Notes under the pieces: model-generated
What the model saw: only the letters and a program-made list of their open reading frames with translations
Databases searched by the model: none
Told to the model about the DNA's origin: nothing
Assembly (NCBI GenBank): GCA_036519715.1
Contig: DATDKW010000040.1
Span: 1-55,693, forward strand
Source: Mycobacteriales bacterium
GTDB taxonomy: Bacteria; Actinomycetota; Actinomycetes; Mycobacteriales; CADCTP01
Length of the DNA stretch: 55,693 nt
Reading direction: 5' to 3'
Translations under genes and position numbers: made by a program
Shown: positions 8,105 to 18,116 of the stretch, in pieces
Layout of the letters: each line of letters starts with the position of its first letter
Numbering within the stretch: position 1 is the stretch's first letter

Positions 8105-8979
8105 GCCGCGTGCGCCGCCGGCGTCCGCCGCGACCGCGCGAAGGCACCCGCGAGCAACGCCGTCCCGAGCGCCCCAGCCCCGACCGGCAGCCAGCCGGGC
8201 CTGCCGTCGCCGGCCGTGCCGCCGCCGCCGGTCTCGACCGACCCGCTCGGCGTCACCGCGGCGGAGACCGCGTCGGCGTGGGTGGCCAGGGTCAGGCCGC
8301 CGTCGGCCGCGTCCAGCACGACCAGGGAATAGACGTCGCCGCCGCTGATCCCGACGGCCGCGGTCGCTTTGAGGCTGGTCTGCGCGGTCGACACGACCTG
8401 CAGCGTCCACTTGCCGGCCGGCACGGACGCGTACGGCGTGGTCTTGGCGAAGGCGATGCCCGTGGTGACGGTCGGACCGCTCACGGCGTTGACCGCGACG
8501 TTCTTGGCCCGGGCGGAGCCGTTGAGCACCCGGACCCGGGCCTGGCCCGCCTTCGGCAGGGTCAGGTCGTCGTTGATGACGGCGAGCCCGAGGTCCGCGT
8601 ACGGCCCGACGCCGGCCACGGTGACGGCCTTGCCGGCGACCGCGTTGACGTTGGTGGACAGCACCGGCGGGGTGCTGGCGGCCGCCCCGGCCGGCCGCAT
8701 GCTCACCGCGTACCGGTCGGGCTGGACCCGCTGGTACGGCGAGACCGCGCCGTAGCCGACGCCCTTGATCAGCAGCTTCCAGGCCGGCCGGGTGTAGGAG
8801 GTCATGTAGACGTCGACGTTCGGGGTGTCCGGCGAGAGGTGTGCGAGCCGGACGTAGCTGGGCGACGCGGCGGCGCTCGCCGGTCCGGCGCTGAACGCCA
8901 GCCCGGCGGCCGAGACGGCCAGTCCGGTCAGGCCGGCCAGCGCCAGTCTCAGCGGCGTCCGGCGTGAGGAGCGGATCAC
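8101..8979 (-). CDS. Secreted DUF4397-type protein with C-terminal sorting-signal-like tail
   Basis: Signal peptide MIRSSRRTPLRLALAGLTGLAVSAAGLAFSAGPASA. DUF4397-like repeats YVRLAHLSPDTPNVDVY... and RVRVLNGSARAKNVAV.... The C-terminus is SVETGGGG..., then a hydrophobic helix, then ARSRR. Confidence 0.8.
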   Translation of the reverse strand: MIRSSRRTPLRLALAGLTGLAVSAAGLAFSAGPASAAASPSYVRLAHLSPDTPNVDVYMTSYTRPAWKLLIKGVGYGAVSPYQRVQPDRYAVSMRPAGAAASTPPVLSTNVNAVAGKAVTVAGVGPYADLGLAVINDDLTLPKAGQARVRVLNGSARAKNVAVNAVSGPTVTTGIAFAKTTPYASVPAGKWTLQVVSTAQTSLKATAAVGISGGDVYSLVVLDAADGGLTLATHADAVSAAVTPSGSVETGGGGTAGDGRPGWLPVGAGALGTALLAGAFARSRRTPAAHAA

Positions 8980-9043
8980 GGGGTTCCTCCAGGGAGAGTC
9001 ACGAGTGGGTCGTGCGGGTCCTGCTGAGGGGTGTGGGGGCCGC

Positions 9044-10921
9044 TCACGGCGGCAGCAGGCCGGTGCTGCCCAGCGCGTCGTAGCGCACCAGCAGCACGGT
9101 CCGGCCCTCGGAGCGGTCCAGCGCCGTGCCGGCCGGCCGGTAGGGCGGCTGCTGGGCCCGCAGCCACTGGTCGAGCATGCTGACCTCGGTCGAGCCGGGC
9201 TCGACGGCCCGGTTGTCGATCGCGGTGATCGCGATCAGCCGCCGGACCGTGGCCGGGTTCTCACCCGGCACGGTGGGGAAGTCGGCGATCTGCAGCGCGT
9301 GCTCCCCGCTGACCGCGGCCAGCACGGACAGCGCGCGGGGGTCGACCCGGCCGTCGCGCAGCAGGTCGGCGGCCCGGGGCTGGAGGCCGAGCCGGGTGTT
9401 GCCGGCCAGGGCGCTGCCGGCGGCGACCCGCCCGTCCGCCTCCTCGACGGCCGTGGTGACCGCGTCCGGGTCGGTGACGACCCGGCGGACCGTTACCGCG
9501 TCCGCCCCGGCGCCGAAGCTGGCCAGCGGCGTGGAGTTGCTCCGGGCCGTGCCGGCCGGGTCGGCCGCGCCGACCAGGTCCGGGTCGTGGCCGACCACGT
9601 AGCGCGCGTCCCGCCAGCCCTGCGGCCAGGCGGTCTGCTCCGGCCCGATGCCGCCGGCCGCGACGAGCGCGTCGGCCGGGTAGCCGGAGTCGATCAGGGC
9701 GCCCCACATCGTGTCGTCGACGACCAGCTTCGGCCGGGTCGGCAGGTTCTGCAGGACCCAGGTCCGGGCGTCGGCCATCGCAGCCTGCCGGGGTCCGTCG
9801 ACCGGCTGCCGGATGCCGCCGGCACTGACCACCCAGGCCAGCACGGCCGCGGCGGCTACCGCTCCGGCCAGCACCGGACGGGGCGGCAGCCAGGCCCGGT
9901 CGGCCCCGGCCGCGGCCAGCACGGTCTCGGCCGCGGCCGGCAGCACCACCGCGCCGAGCGGCAGCGCGACCAGGAGCAGCGATCCGCGCAGGTCGGGGCT
10001 GACGGACGCGGCCAGCACGGTCGCCAGCAGGGCGGCCGCGACCGGGCGCAGCCAGCCGATGCGCAGGCCGGCCAGCCCACCGGCGAGCGCGGCGACGGCC
10101 AGCACCCGGTCCAGCGCGGTCAGGTCCGGGACCGCGGCCTGGCCGCCGCCGGGCAGGTCGCCGCGCACGGCCAGCACCAGCAGCCCGGCGAAGACCAAGG
10201 CCCCGGTGGCGGCGGCGATCCGCCGGTCCCGCCGGACGAGCCGGCCCAGCGCACCCGACCACAGCAGCATCGTGAACAGCGGCACCAGCGCGACCAGGAC
10301 CAGCGGCGAGGTCACGGCCGCGGCCAGCAGGTAGCCGGCCGAGCCGAGGGCGGCGCCGGCCCGGCGGGACTCGCCGCCGGCCAGTGCCAGGGCCACGCAG
10401 GCCCAGAGCACGCCGAGCTGGGTCGGGTCGGCGGTGCGGTGCAGCAGCAGCGCGGCCGGGGCCAGCCCGAACAGCAGCGGCACCGCCAGCACCGCGGGAG
10501 CCGACAGCCGGAGCCGGCGGGCGGCCACGGTCAGCGCGACCGCGGACAGGACGGCGGCGACGGCGGCGGCCTCACGGGCGGCGACGACCGCGGTGGCGGA
10601 GCGGCGCAGCGCTCCGCTGACCGTCTCGTACCCGGCGACCTGCAGAGCGCCCAGGCCCCCGTCGTACCAGGGCAGCCGGGCGGCGCCGTACCCGAACCGG
10701 TTGAGGGCGAAGGCGCGGACGGCGAAGCTGCTCTCACCGGCGGAGACGACCGGACGGGCGGTCAGCGCGGACAGCAGCAGCCAGGCCATGAGGCCGACCG
10801 CGCCGGCAGCGAGCAGCGCAACGGCGGCCGTCGTGGTGCGGTCCCGCGCCGGCGTGCCCCCGCTCCGTACCGGAGCCGGCTGCTGCGTCCCGCCCGGGGC
10901 GCCGCGCAGCCCGACATGCAT
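9044..10921 (-). CDS. Polytopic integral membrane protein with a large C-terminal soluble domain (function unknown; GT-C-like topology is only a guess)
   Basis: Many Ala/Leu/Val-rich hydrophobic segments fill the first ~390 aa, followed by a ~230-aa hydrophilic domain. ATG 10921 is preceded by GGGAATGGGGGG. The ORF-track start at 11143 is unlikely because the sequence upstream is low-GC and Cys-rich. Confidence 0.7.
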   Translation of the reverse strand: MHVGLRGAPGGTQQPAPVRSGGTPARDRTTTAAVALLAAGAVGLMAWLLLSALTARPVVSAGESSFAVRAFALNRFGYGAARLPWYDGGLGALQVAGYETVSGALRRSATAVVAAREAAAVAAVLSAVALTVAARRLRLSAPAVLAVPLLFGLAPAALLLHRTADPTQLGVLWACVALALAGGESRRAGAALGSAGYLLAAAVTSPLVLVALVPLFTMLLWSGALGRLVRRDRRIAAATGALVFAGLLVLAVRGDLPGGGQAAVPDLTALDRVLAVAALAGGLAGLRIGWLRPVAAALLATVLAASVSPDLRGSLLLVALPLGAVVLPAAAETVLAAAGADRAWLPPRPVLAGAVAAAAVLAWVVSAGGIRQPVDGPRQAAMADARTWVLQNLPTRPKLVVDDTMWGALIDSGYPADALVAAGGIGPEQTAWPQGWRDARYVVGHDPDLVGAADPAGTARSNSTPLASFGAGADAVTVRRVVTDPDAVTTAVEEADGRVAAGSALAGNTRLGLQPRAADLLRDGRVDPRALSVLAAVSGEHALQIADFPTVPGENPATVRRLIAITAIDNRAVEPGSTEVSMLDQWLRAQQPPYRPAGTALDRSEGRTVLLVRYDALGSTGLLPP

Positions 10922-10964
10922 CGGGACCCCCCATTCCCTCACCGCGGATCGAGCTCGTACCCGA

Positions 10965-10983
10965 GGTGTATTCGGAATACACC
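10965..10983. promoter_or_regulatory. Perfect 19-bp palindrome upstream of the membrane-protein operon
   Basis: GGTGTATTC-G-GAATACACC lies 44-62 nt upstream of ATG 10921 in an unusually AT-richer spacer. Confidence 0.45.
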
Positions 10984-11081
10984 CACAGCACGGTTCAGGA
11001 CGGCAATGGGTACTACGGAAAGCAACCGTCGCAACACAGTATGTATCAGAATCGATCGGCCGCGCAGAGTGAGCCAGGTCT

Positions 11082-11927
11082 TTGCGCCAGCGTCCGGAAT
11101 CGGCATGCGTAGCTAGGGTGAGGGCGGCGGCGTCCGGGCACATCCGGGAGGACCGGCCGGCGCTGCGGCGCTACGACTTGTCGGTCAAGGACAACCTGCG
11201 GGTCCGCCGGCTGCACACCCAGGTCATCGTCATTCGCCGGGTGGCCGTGGCGGTCGTGTCCTGGCCGCGTTCGCCGGCATGCTCATGACGTTCGAGTCCG
11301 TGCGGACGCTCGGCGCCAGCCTGCTGGCCTCGGCCGGCATCCTCGGCGCGGTGGCCGGGCTGGCCGCGCAGACCACGCTGTCGAACGTCATCGCCGGCAT
11401 GCAGCTCGCGTTCAGTGACGAGATCCGCATCGACGACGTCGTGGTCGTCGAGGACGAGTGGGGCTGGGTCGAGGGAGCTCACTCTCACCTACGTGGTGGT
11501 GCATCTGTGGGACGAGCGCCGACTGGTGCTGCCGACGACGTACTTCACCCAGAAGCCGTTCCAGAACTGGACCCGGCACGAGGCCCGGGTGCTCGGCAGC
11601 GTGCTGCTGCACGTGGACTACCGGCTGCCGGTGGACCCGGTGCGGGAGGAACTGCGACGGATCCTCGAGGACTCGCCGCTGTGGGACCGGCGGGACTGGG
11701 TGCTCCAGGTCGTCGACACCACCCCGACGACGATGGTGCTGCGGGCGCTGATGAGCTCGCCGGACGCGCCGACGAGCTGGGACCTGCGCTGCGAGGTGCG
11801 GGAGAAGCTGCTGGCCTTCCTGGCCCGGGAGTATCCGCACCAGCTCCCGCGGGTGCGGGCCGAGCTCGACCCGGCCCCGGTTCCGTTGGACGGCCATCGT
11901 CAGCGCGGCTCCACGCCCGGTCCGTAG
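11082..11927 (+). pseudogene. MscS-family mechanosensitive channel pseudogene (5'-truncated, two frameshifts)
   Basis: Conserved MscS-like sequence is spread over three frames. Segment 1: ...DNLRVRRLHTQVIVIRRVAVAVV. Segment 2: VLAAFAGMLMTFESVRTLGASLLASAGILGAVAGLAAQTTLSNVIAGMQLAFSDEIRIDDVVVVEDEWGWVE. Segment 3: ELTLTYVVVHLWDERRLVLPTTYFTQKPFQNWTR.... The shifts are at ~11256-11259 and at the GGG run 11473-11475. The N-terminal TM helices are absent. Confidence 0.78.
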
Positions 11928-11986
11928 GCCCGGCGCACCCGGACGGCAAGGCGGCGTACCGGGGTGGGACGTTGCCGGACGAGCGG

Positions 11987-13123
11987 TCAGGCGCAGGAGG
12001 TGAGCCGGATCCCGCGGCCGGCGCTGCGCGCGATCCCGGCGCGGCCGCCGCGGCGGGCGACCCAGCGGGCCAGGTCCCGGACCAGCTGCTCCCGGGACGC
12101 GCCGTCGGCCAGCACCACGTTCGCGTACGTGCACAGCCCCCGGCCGGACCGGAACGTGCCGTAGCTGTCGCCCAGCCACTGCCCGGCCGCGCCGGCGTTG
12201 ACCACCCGCCGGCCGCCGGTGATCAGCGCGGCCAGCCCGAACTGTCCCAGCGTGCCCGCGTCCACCCGCTGCCCGGCCCCGGGCGGCGGCCGCACCCCCA
12301 GCGGCTCCACCCCGGCCCGGTACGCCTTCGGATCGATGACCTGCGCGGTCGACACCGGCGGACGCCGGAACGCCGCGTCCAGGGCCGGGTTGCCGCCCTG
12401 CTCGGTTAGCGCCGCGGCGAAGTCCCGGCCCGCCGTCATCGGGAAGGTCGCGGCCAGTTGCCCGTACGACGCCGCGGTGGGGGAGTAGTCGCGCCTCGCC
12501 TTCACCGCGGCCTGGTCGGCGGCCGGCAGCGTGGCCAGGTAGGCCAGCTCGACCCGGGTCGCGTCGCCCTCGACGAGCGCCGACAGGGCCCGAGCCCGGT
12601 CCGGGTCGGCGGCCGCGGCCCGGGTCAGGGCGGCGACGCCGAAGGCCTGGTCCTGCAGCGCCCGGGTGAGCTCGTGCACCAGCAGCACCCGGGCGTACGC
12701 GTCCACGGTCTGACCCTGCCGGAGGAGGACCGCCTGCTGCTGGTAGCTGTAGGCCACCACCGGGGCCGGCGGCGGGGCCGACGCGGGATAGCCCAGCGCC
12801 CGCTCGGTCGCGGTCCGGCCGGTGGGCGTGGTCCGCGCGGCCGCAACGGTCGCCGCCGGCGCCACCCGCATCACCGGCGGCCGGGAGAACCGCAGGCCGC
12901 GGTCCTGCTCGACGAAACCGGCCAGCACCGGCGCCGCCGCCACCACCGGGTCGGTCGTGCGGGCGTCGTAGGCCGAGCGCCCGGGCGACACCGGCTTCCC
13001 GCCGGCCAGGGCCAGCAGTCCGGCCAGCGCCACCAGGACCACCCCGGCCGCGGTCCCGAGCCGCCAGCGCGACCGCCGCAGCTGCGCCGCCGCCTGCTCG
13101 CGCTCGGCCCGCAGCGTCACCAC
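11987..13123 (-). CDS. Membrane-anchored hypothetical protein, metalloprotease-like with a degenerate HExxH (HELTR)
   Basis: N-terminal TM GTAAGVVLVALAGLLALAGG. The central motif VLLVHELTRALQDQ resembles the HELTHALQDQ zinc-protease motif, with Arg in place of the second His. GTG start at 13123. Confidence 0.6.
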   Translation of the reverse strand: MVTLRAEREQAAAQLRRSRWRLGTAAGVVLVALAGLLALAGGKPVSPGRSAYDARTTDPVVAAAPVLAGFVEQDRGLRFSRPPVMRVAPAATVAAARTTPTGRTATERALGYPASAPPPAPVVAYSYQQQAVLLRQGQTVDAYARVLLVHELTRALQDQAFGVAALTRAAAADPDRARALSALVEGDATRVELAYLATLPAADQAAVKARRDYSPTAASYGQLAATFPMTAGRDFAAALTEQGGNPALDAAFRRPPVSTAQVIDPKAYRAGVEPLGVRPPPGAGQRVDAGTLGQFGLAALITGGRRVVNAGAAGQWLGDSYGTFRSGRGLCTYANVVLADGASREQLVRDLARWVARRGGRAGIARSAGRGIRLTSCA

Positions 13124-13181
13124 CGCCGCACCCTACTGGCGCGACGCGCGTCACTCCTCCCGTGTCCCGGCATAAGGGACG

Positions 13182-14063
<882 letters not shown>

Positions 14064-14066
14064 CCG

Positions 14067-15449
14067 GTGTCCCCGACCGGCCTGCTCGGCACCCTCGAGG
14101 GCTTCACCGCGGCGCTGCGGGAGGCCGGCGTGCCCGCCGGCACGAGCGAGGTGCTGGACGCGACCCGGGTGCTGGGTGCGATCGACCTGCTCGACCGGTC
14201 CCAGCTGCGGGCCGGCCTGGCTGCGACGCTGGTCAAGCGTCCGCTGCACCGGCCGACGTTCGACCTGCTCTTCGACCTGTGGTGGCCGCCGGCGGTCGGC
14301 GATCCGACCGGCCTGACCGCCGGCGACCCGTCGGAGGAGCCGGGTGAGCCCGATGTGGAGGCGCTGCGGGACGAGCTGCGCCGGCTGCTGCTGGACGACG
14401 ACGACGAGGCGCTGCGCCGGTTCGCCCGGCTCGCGGTGTCCCAGCTCGGGCACCTGGGCGCGCAGCCGGGACGGCAGTCCTGGTTCACCTACCGGGTGCT
14501 GCGGGCGCTGTCGCCGGAGACCCTGATCGCCGCGCTGCTCGACGCGCTGCTGGCCGGGGAGCCCCGCGGCGGCCTGGCCGAGCAGGTCGCCCGCCAGCAG
14601 CTGCAGGAGCGCATCGCCGCCCTGCGCGCGTACGTGGAGGCCGAGGTCCGCCGGCGGGTGGCCGAGGAGCGCGACCGGGACCAGGTCGCCCGGACCTCGT
14701 TGCCGCCGCTGGCCGACCAGGTCGACTTCCTGCGGGCGCAGCGCGACGAGCTGGCGGCCATGCGCCGCACCGTCCAGCCGCTGGCCCGCCGGCTGGCCTC
14801 CCGGCTCGCGGCCCGCCGCCGGCTCGGCCGGGCAGGCCGGCTGGACATCCGCCGCACCGTCCGGGCCTCCCTCGGGACGGGCGGGGTGCCGGTGGTGACC
14901 CACCACCGGCCGCGCCGGGTGCACAAGCCGGAGCTGGTCGTGCTCTGCGACGTCAGCGGCTCGGTCGCCGGCTTCGCCCACTTCACGCTGATGCTGACGG
15001 CGGCGCTGCGGGAGCAGTTCTCCCGGGTCCGGGCGTTCGCGTTCGTCGACACCTGCGACGAGGTGACCCGGCTGTTCGGCCCGGGCGCCGACCTGGTCGA
15101 CTCGGTCCGCCGACTGTCCCGGGAGGCCGACCTGGTCCGGTACGACGGCCACAGCGACTACGGGCACTCGTTCCGGGTGTTCGCCGACAGCTGGCCGGAC
15201 GCGGTCGGGCCGAAGACGTCGCTGCTGGTGCTCGGCGATGCCCGGACCAACTACCGGGACCCGGGGCTGCCGCTGCTCAAGGGCCTGGTCGACCGATCCC
15301 GGCACGCGTACTGGCTCAATCCGGAGCCGCGGCGCGAGTGGGGCAGCGGCGATTCCGTGGCCGACCGGTACGGCGAGGTCATCGAGATGGTCGAATGCCG
15401 GAACGTGGCCCAGCTGACCGACTTCGTCGGCCGCCTGCTGCCGGTCTAG
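14067..15449 (+). CDS. VWA domain protein (CoxE-like), partner of the MoxR ATPase
   Basis: MIDAS motif [10 protein letters not shown], and the C-terminal [18 protein letters not shown] typical of VWA-CoxE proteins. GTG 14067 lies 3 nt after the MoxR stop. Confidence 0.85.
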   Translation: MSPTGLLGTLEGFTAALREAGVPAGTSEVLDATRVLGAIDLLDRSQLRAGLAATLVKRPLHRPTFDLLFDLWWPPAVGDPTGLTAGDPSEEPGEPDVEALRDELRRLLLDDDDEALRRFARLAVSQLGHLGAQPGRQSWFTYRVLRALSPETLIAALLDALLAGEPRGGLAEQVARQQLQERIAALRAYVEAEVRRRVAEERDRDQVARTSLPPLADQVDFLRAQRDELAAMRRTVQPLARRLASRLAARRRLGRAGRLDIRRTVRASLGTGGVPVVTHHRPRRVHKPELVVLCDVSGSVAGFAHFTLMLTAALREQFSRVRAFAFVDTCDEVTRLFGPGADLVDSVRRLSREADLVRYDGHSDYGHSFRVFADSWPDAVGPKTSLLVLGDARTNYRDPGLPLLKGLVDRSRHAYWLNPEPRREWGSGDSVADRYGEVIEMVECRNVAQLTDFVGRLLPV

Positions 15450-15459
15450 CGTCGCCCCC

Positions 15460-16095
15460 GTGGCTGGCATCCGACTCGGCATCATGGGCGGCACGTTCGA
15501 TCCCATCCACCACGGCCACCTGGTCGCCGCGAGCGAGGTGCAGAGCCTCTTCGCGCTGGACGAGGTCGCCTTCGTGCCCAGCGGCGAGCCCTGGCAGAAG
15601 GTCGGCAAGCTGGTCAGCCCGGCCGAGCACCGGTATCTGATGACGGTCATCGCGACCGCGTCCAACCCCGGGTTCTGGGTCAGCCGGGTCGACATCGACC
15701 GGCCCGGTCCCACGTACACCATCGACACGCTGCGGGACCTGTCTGCGCAGCAGCCGGACGCGGAGCTGTTCTTCATCACCGGCGCGGACGCGCTGGAGCA
15801 GATCCTGTCCTGGAAGGACGCCGACGAGCTGTTCCGGCTGGCGCACTTCGTCGGCGTCACCCGCCCCGGGTACCTGCTGTCCGACGACCACCTGCCCCGG
15901 GACGCGGTGAGCCTGGTCGAGGTGCCTGCGATGGCGATCTCCTCCAGCGCCTGCCGGGAGCGGGTGCTGGCGGGGCGCCCGGTCTGGTATCTGGTGCCCG
16001 ATGGCGTCGTGCAGTACATCGGCAAGCACCGCCTGTACCGTGGGACCGCAGCCGAGATTCGCGGCCGGGTCGCCCGGCCGGCAGAGATGGAGTGA
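15460..16095 (+). CDS. nadD: Nicotinate-nucleotide adenylyltransferase
   Basis: [15 protein letters not shown] nucleotidyltransferase motif, and ISSSACRE near the C-terminus. Confidence 0.95.
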   Translation: MAGIRLGIMGGTFDPIHHGHLVAASEVQSLFALDEVAFVPSGEPWQKVGKLVSPAEHRYLMTVIATASNPGFWVSRVDIDRPGPTYTIDTLRDLSAQQPDAELFFITGADALEQILSWKDADELFRLAHFVGVTRPGYLLSDDHLPRDAVSLVEVPAMAISSSACRERVLAGRPVWYLVPDGVVQYIGKHRLYRGTAAEIRGRVARPAEME

Positions 16096-16511
16096 CCCGC
16101 CTCGTGACCGCAACCGATCGGGCCCGCGAGATCGCGCTGGCCGCCGCTCAGGCCGCCGCCGACAAGCTCGCCACCGATGTCGTCCTTCTCGACGTGAGCG
16201 ACCGGCTCGTCATCACCGACGTCTTCGTGATCGCGTCCGCGCCCAACGAACGTCAGGTCGAGTCGATCGTCGAGGCGGTGGAGGAGCGGCTGCGCCGCGA
16301 CGGCGTCAAGCCGATCCGCCGGGAGGGCGAGCGCGAGGGCCGCTGGGTCCTGCTCGACTTCAACGACGTCGTGGTGCACGTCCAGCATGCGGAGGAGCGG
16401 TCCTTCTACGCGCTGGAGCGGCTCTGGAAGGACTGCCCGGCCATCCCCTTCACCGACCGGTCGCTGCCCGCGCAAGCCGGCAGTGGCGGCGCGGAGCGAG
16501 CCGGCGGGTGA
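16092..16511 (+). CDS. rsfS: Ribosome silencing factor
   Basis: [27 protein letters not shown]...[32 protein letters not shown] overlap with the nadD stop. Confidence 0.93.
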   Translation: MTRLVTATDRAREIALAAAQAAADKLATDVVLLDVSDRLVITDVFVIASAPNERQVESIVEAVEERLRRDGVKPIRREGEREGRWVLLDFNDVVVHVQHAEERSFYALERLWKDCPAIPFTDRSLPAQAGSGGAERAGG

Positions 16512-16556
16512 CCGCCGTTCCTGTCCGGCCCGTTGCGTGACACCGCGGAGCGCCGC

Positions 16557-17240
16557 ATGACCCGCCGGGTGCTGCTGTGGCGGCACGGGCGCACCCGCTG
16601 GAACGTCGAGCACCGCTTCCAGGGCCAGGCCGACCCGCCGCTGGACGAGGTCGGCCGGCAGCAGGCCGCGGTCGCCGCCCGGCTGCTGGCCGCGTACCGG
16701 CCTACCGGCATCGTGTCCTCCGACCTGCACCGGGCCGTGCAGACCGCCCGCCCGCTGGCCGAGCTGCTGGGCCTGCCGGTCTCCCTGGATCCGCGCCTGC
16801 GGGAGCGCTCCCTCGGCACCTGGGAGGGACTGACCCGGGACGAGGTCGGTCACGCCCACCCGGAGGAGTACGGCCACTGGCTGGCCGGTCGGGAGGCGCA
16901 CCAGGAGGGCAGCGAGTCGCGGACCGAGGTCGGGGACCGGGCGATGGCGGCGCTGACCGCCGCCGCGGGTGGGACGGTCGTGCTGGTGAGCCACAGCGCA
17001 ACCGCGATGGCCCTGACCGGGCGGCTGCTGGGGCTGCCGGTGACGGGCTGGCGCGCGGTCGGACCGCTGGGCAACGGACGGTGGAGCGAGTTCACCGAGG
17101 ACGAGCACGGCTGGCGGCTGCGGGGCCACAACCTGGGCCCGCTCGGCACGCCGGTCACCGGGCTGTCCACGTCGGACGGATCGGCGGCCGCGGCGGCCGA
17201 TCCGGCCGTCGAGGCGGTCGATGCCGGCCCGGGCCGGTGA
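16557..17240 (+). CDS. Histidine phosphatase family protein
   Basis: The RHG motif in VLLWRHGRTRWNVEHRFQG, and a downstream VLVSHSATA. ATG 16557 has GGAG 7 nt upstream. Confidence 0.85.
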   Translation: MTRRVLLWRHGRTRWNVEHRFQGQADPPLDEVGRQQAAVAARLLAAYRPTGIVSSDLHRAVQTARPLAELLGLPVSLDPRLRERSLGTWEGLTRDEVGHAHPEEYGHWLAGREAHQEGSESRTEVGDRAMAALTAAAGGTVVLVSHSATAMALTGRLLGLPVTGWRAVGPLGNGRWSEFTEDEHGWRLRGHNLGPLGTPVTGLSTSDGSAAAAADPAVEAVDAGPGR

Positions 17241-17252
17241 GCCGGTGATCCG

Positions 17253-17984
17253 ATGAGCTTGCTGGTGGTGGCCGACTCCCTGGCCTTCCACGGGCCCGAG
17301 CGGGGCGAGCTGGCCACCCACTCGGGGCTGTTCGGCAACGTGGCCGCGGCCGAGCTCGGCACCACGCTCGACCTGGTCGCCCGGCGCGGCTGGACCGCCC
17401 GGGACGCCTGGTGGGCGCTGACCCGGGACCCGCACGTCTACTCGGTGCTGCTGCCCCGGGCCGACGCCGTCCTGCTGGCCGTCGGCGGGATGGATTACCT
17501 GCCCGCGGTGCTGCCGACGTACCTGCGGGAGGGCATCGCCTACCTCCGCCCGCCGGCACTGCGCCGGGCCGCGCGCACGGCGTACCGGGCGGCGCAGCCG
17601 GTCGGGGCCAGGCTCACCGGCGGCCGGTGGCGGACCCTGCCACAGCGGCTCACCGACCACTACCTGTCGCTGTGCGCGTACGGCATCCGCTACTACCACC
17701 CCGGAGTGCCGGTTCTCGGCATCCTGCCGCCGCCGCACCGGGCTCCGCTCTACGGCGGGGTCACCGCCGGCCACGGTCCCGCCGTCGCCGCCGCCCGGGC
17801 ATGGGGCCGGCGGGAGGACGTGCCGATGATCGACGTCTCGGCGGTGGTCGGCCGGCACCTGCCGCGGGGCCGGTGCAGCCCCGACGGCATCCACTGGAGC
17901 TGGGAGTGTCACGCCGACGTCGGCCGGGAGGTGGCCGCGGCGGTGCGATCGCGGTTGCCGGGGCGCGCTAGAATCGAGACGTGA
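17253..17984 (+). CDS. SGNH/GDSL-like hydrolase family protein
   Basis: N-terminal block LLVVADSLAF and C-terminal DGIHW (DxxH) block. The assignment is from motifs only. Confidence 0.65.
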   Translation: MSLLVVADSLAFHGPERGELATHSGLFGNVAAAELGTTLDLVARRGWTARDAWWALTRDPHVYSVLLPRADAVLLAVGGMDYLPAVLPTYLREGIAYLRPPALRRAARTAYRAAQPVGARLTGGRWRTLPQRLTDHYLSLCAYGIRYYHPGVPVLGILPPPHRAPLYGGVTAGHGPAVAAARAWGRREDVPMIDVSAVVGRHLPRGRCSPDGIHWSWECHADVGREVAAAVRSRLPGRARIET

Positions 17985-18012
17985 GCACCGCCGGACGCCT
18001 GCTCCTTCCCGG

Positions 18013-18076
18013 GCCGCGCTGATCAGGAACGACGTCAGCGCGGCGAGCCCTCGTGGACACGGGGGCTCTTTTCTTT
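18013..18076 (+). terminator. Two tandem hairpins, the second followed by TTTTCTTT (canonical intrinsic terminator or leuS leader attenuator)
   Basis: Hairpin 1: GCCGCGCTGA (18013-18022) pairs with TCAGCGCGGC (18035-18044). Hairpin 2: GAGCCC...GGGCTC (18045-18068), then TTTTCTTT. This is the only clear U-tract terminator I saw in the window. Confidence 0.65.
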
Positions 18077-18116
18077 GCCTCACCGCCGGGAACGAGCCTC
18101 GACAGGAGCGACGACG

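Noticed and set aside
17985-18116. A T-box riboswitch upstream of leuS.
   Set aside because: The leader is only ~130 nt. I could find neither a specifier-loop context with a Leu codon nor the conserved T-box sequence. It is better explained as a terminator or simple attenuator.
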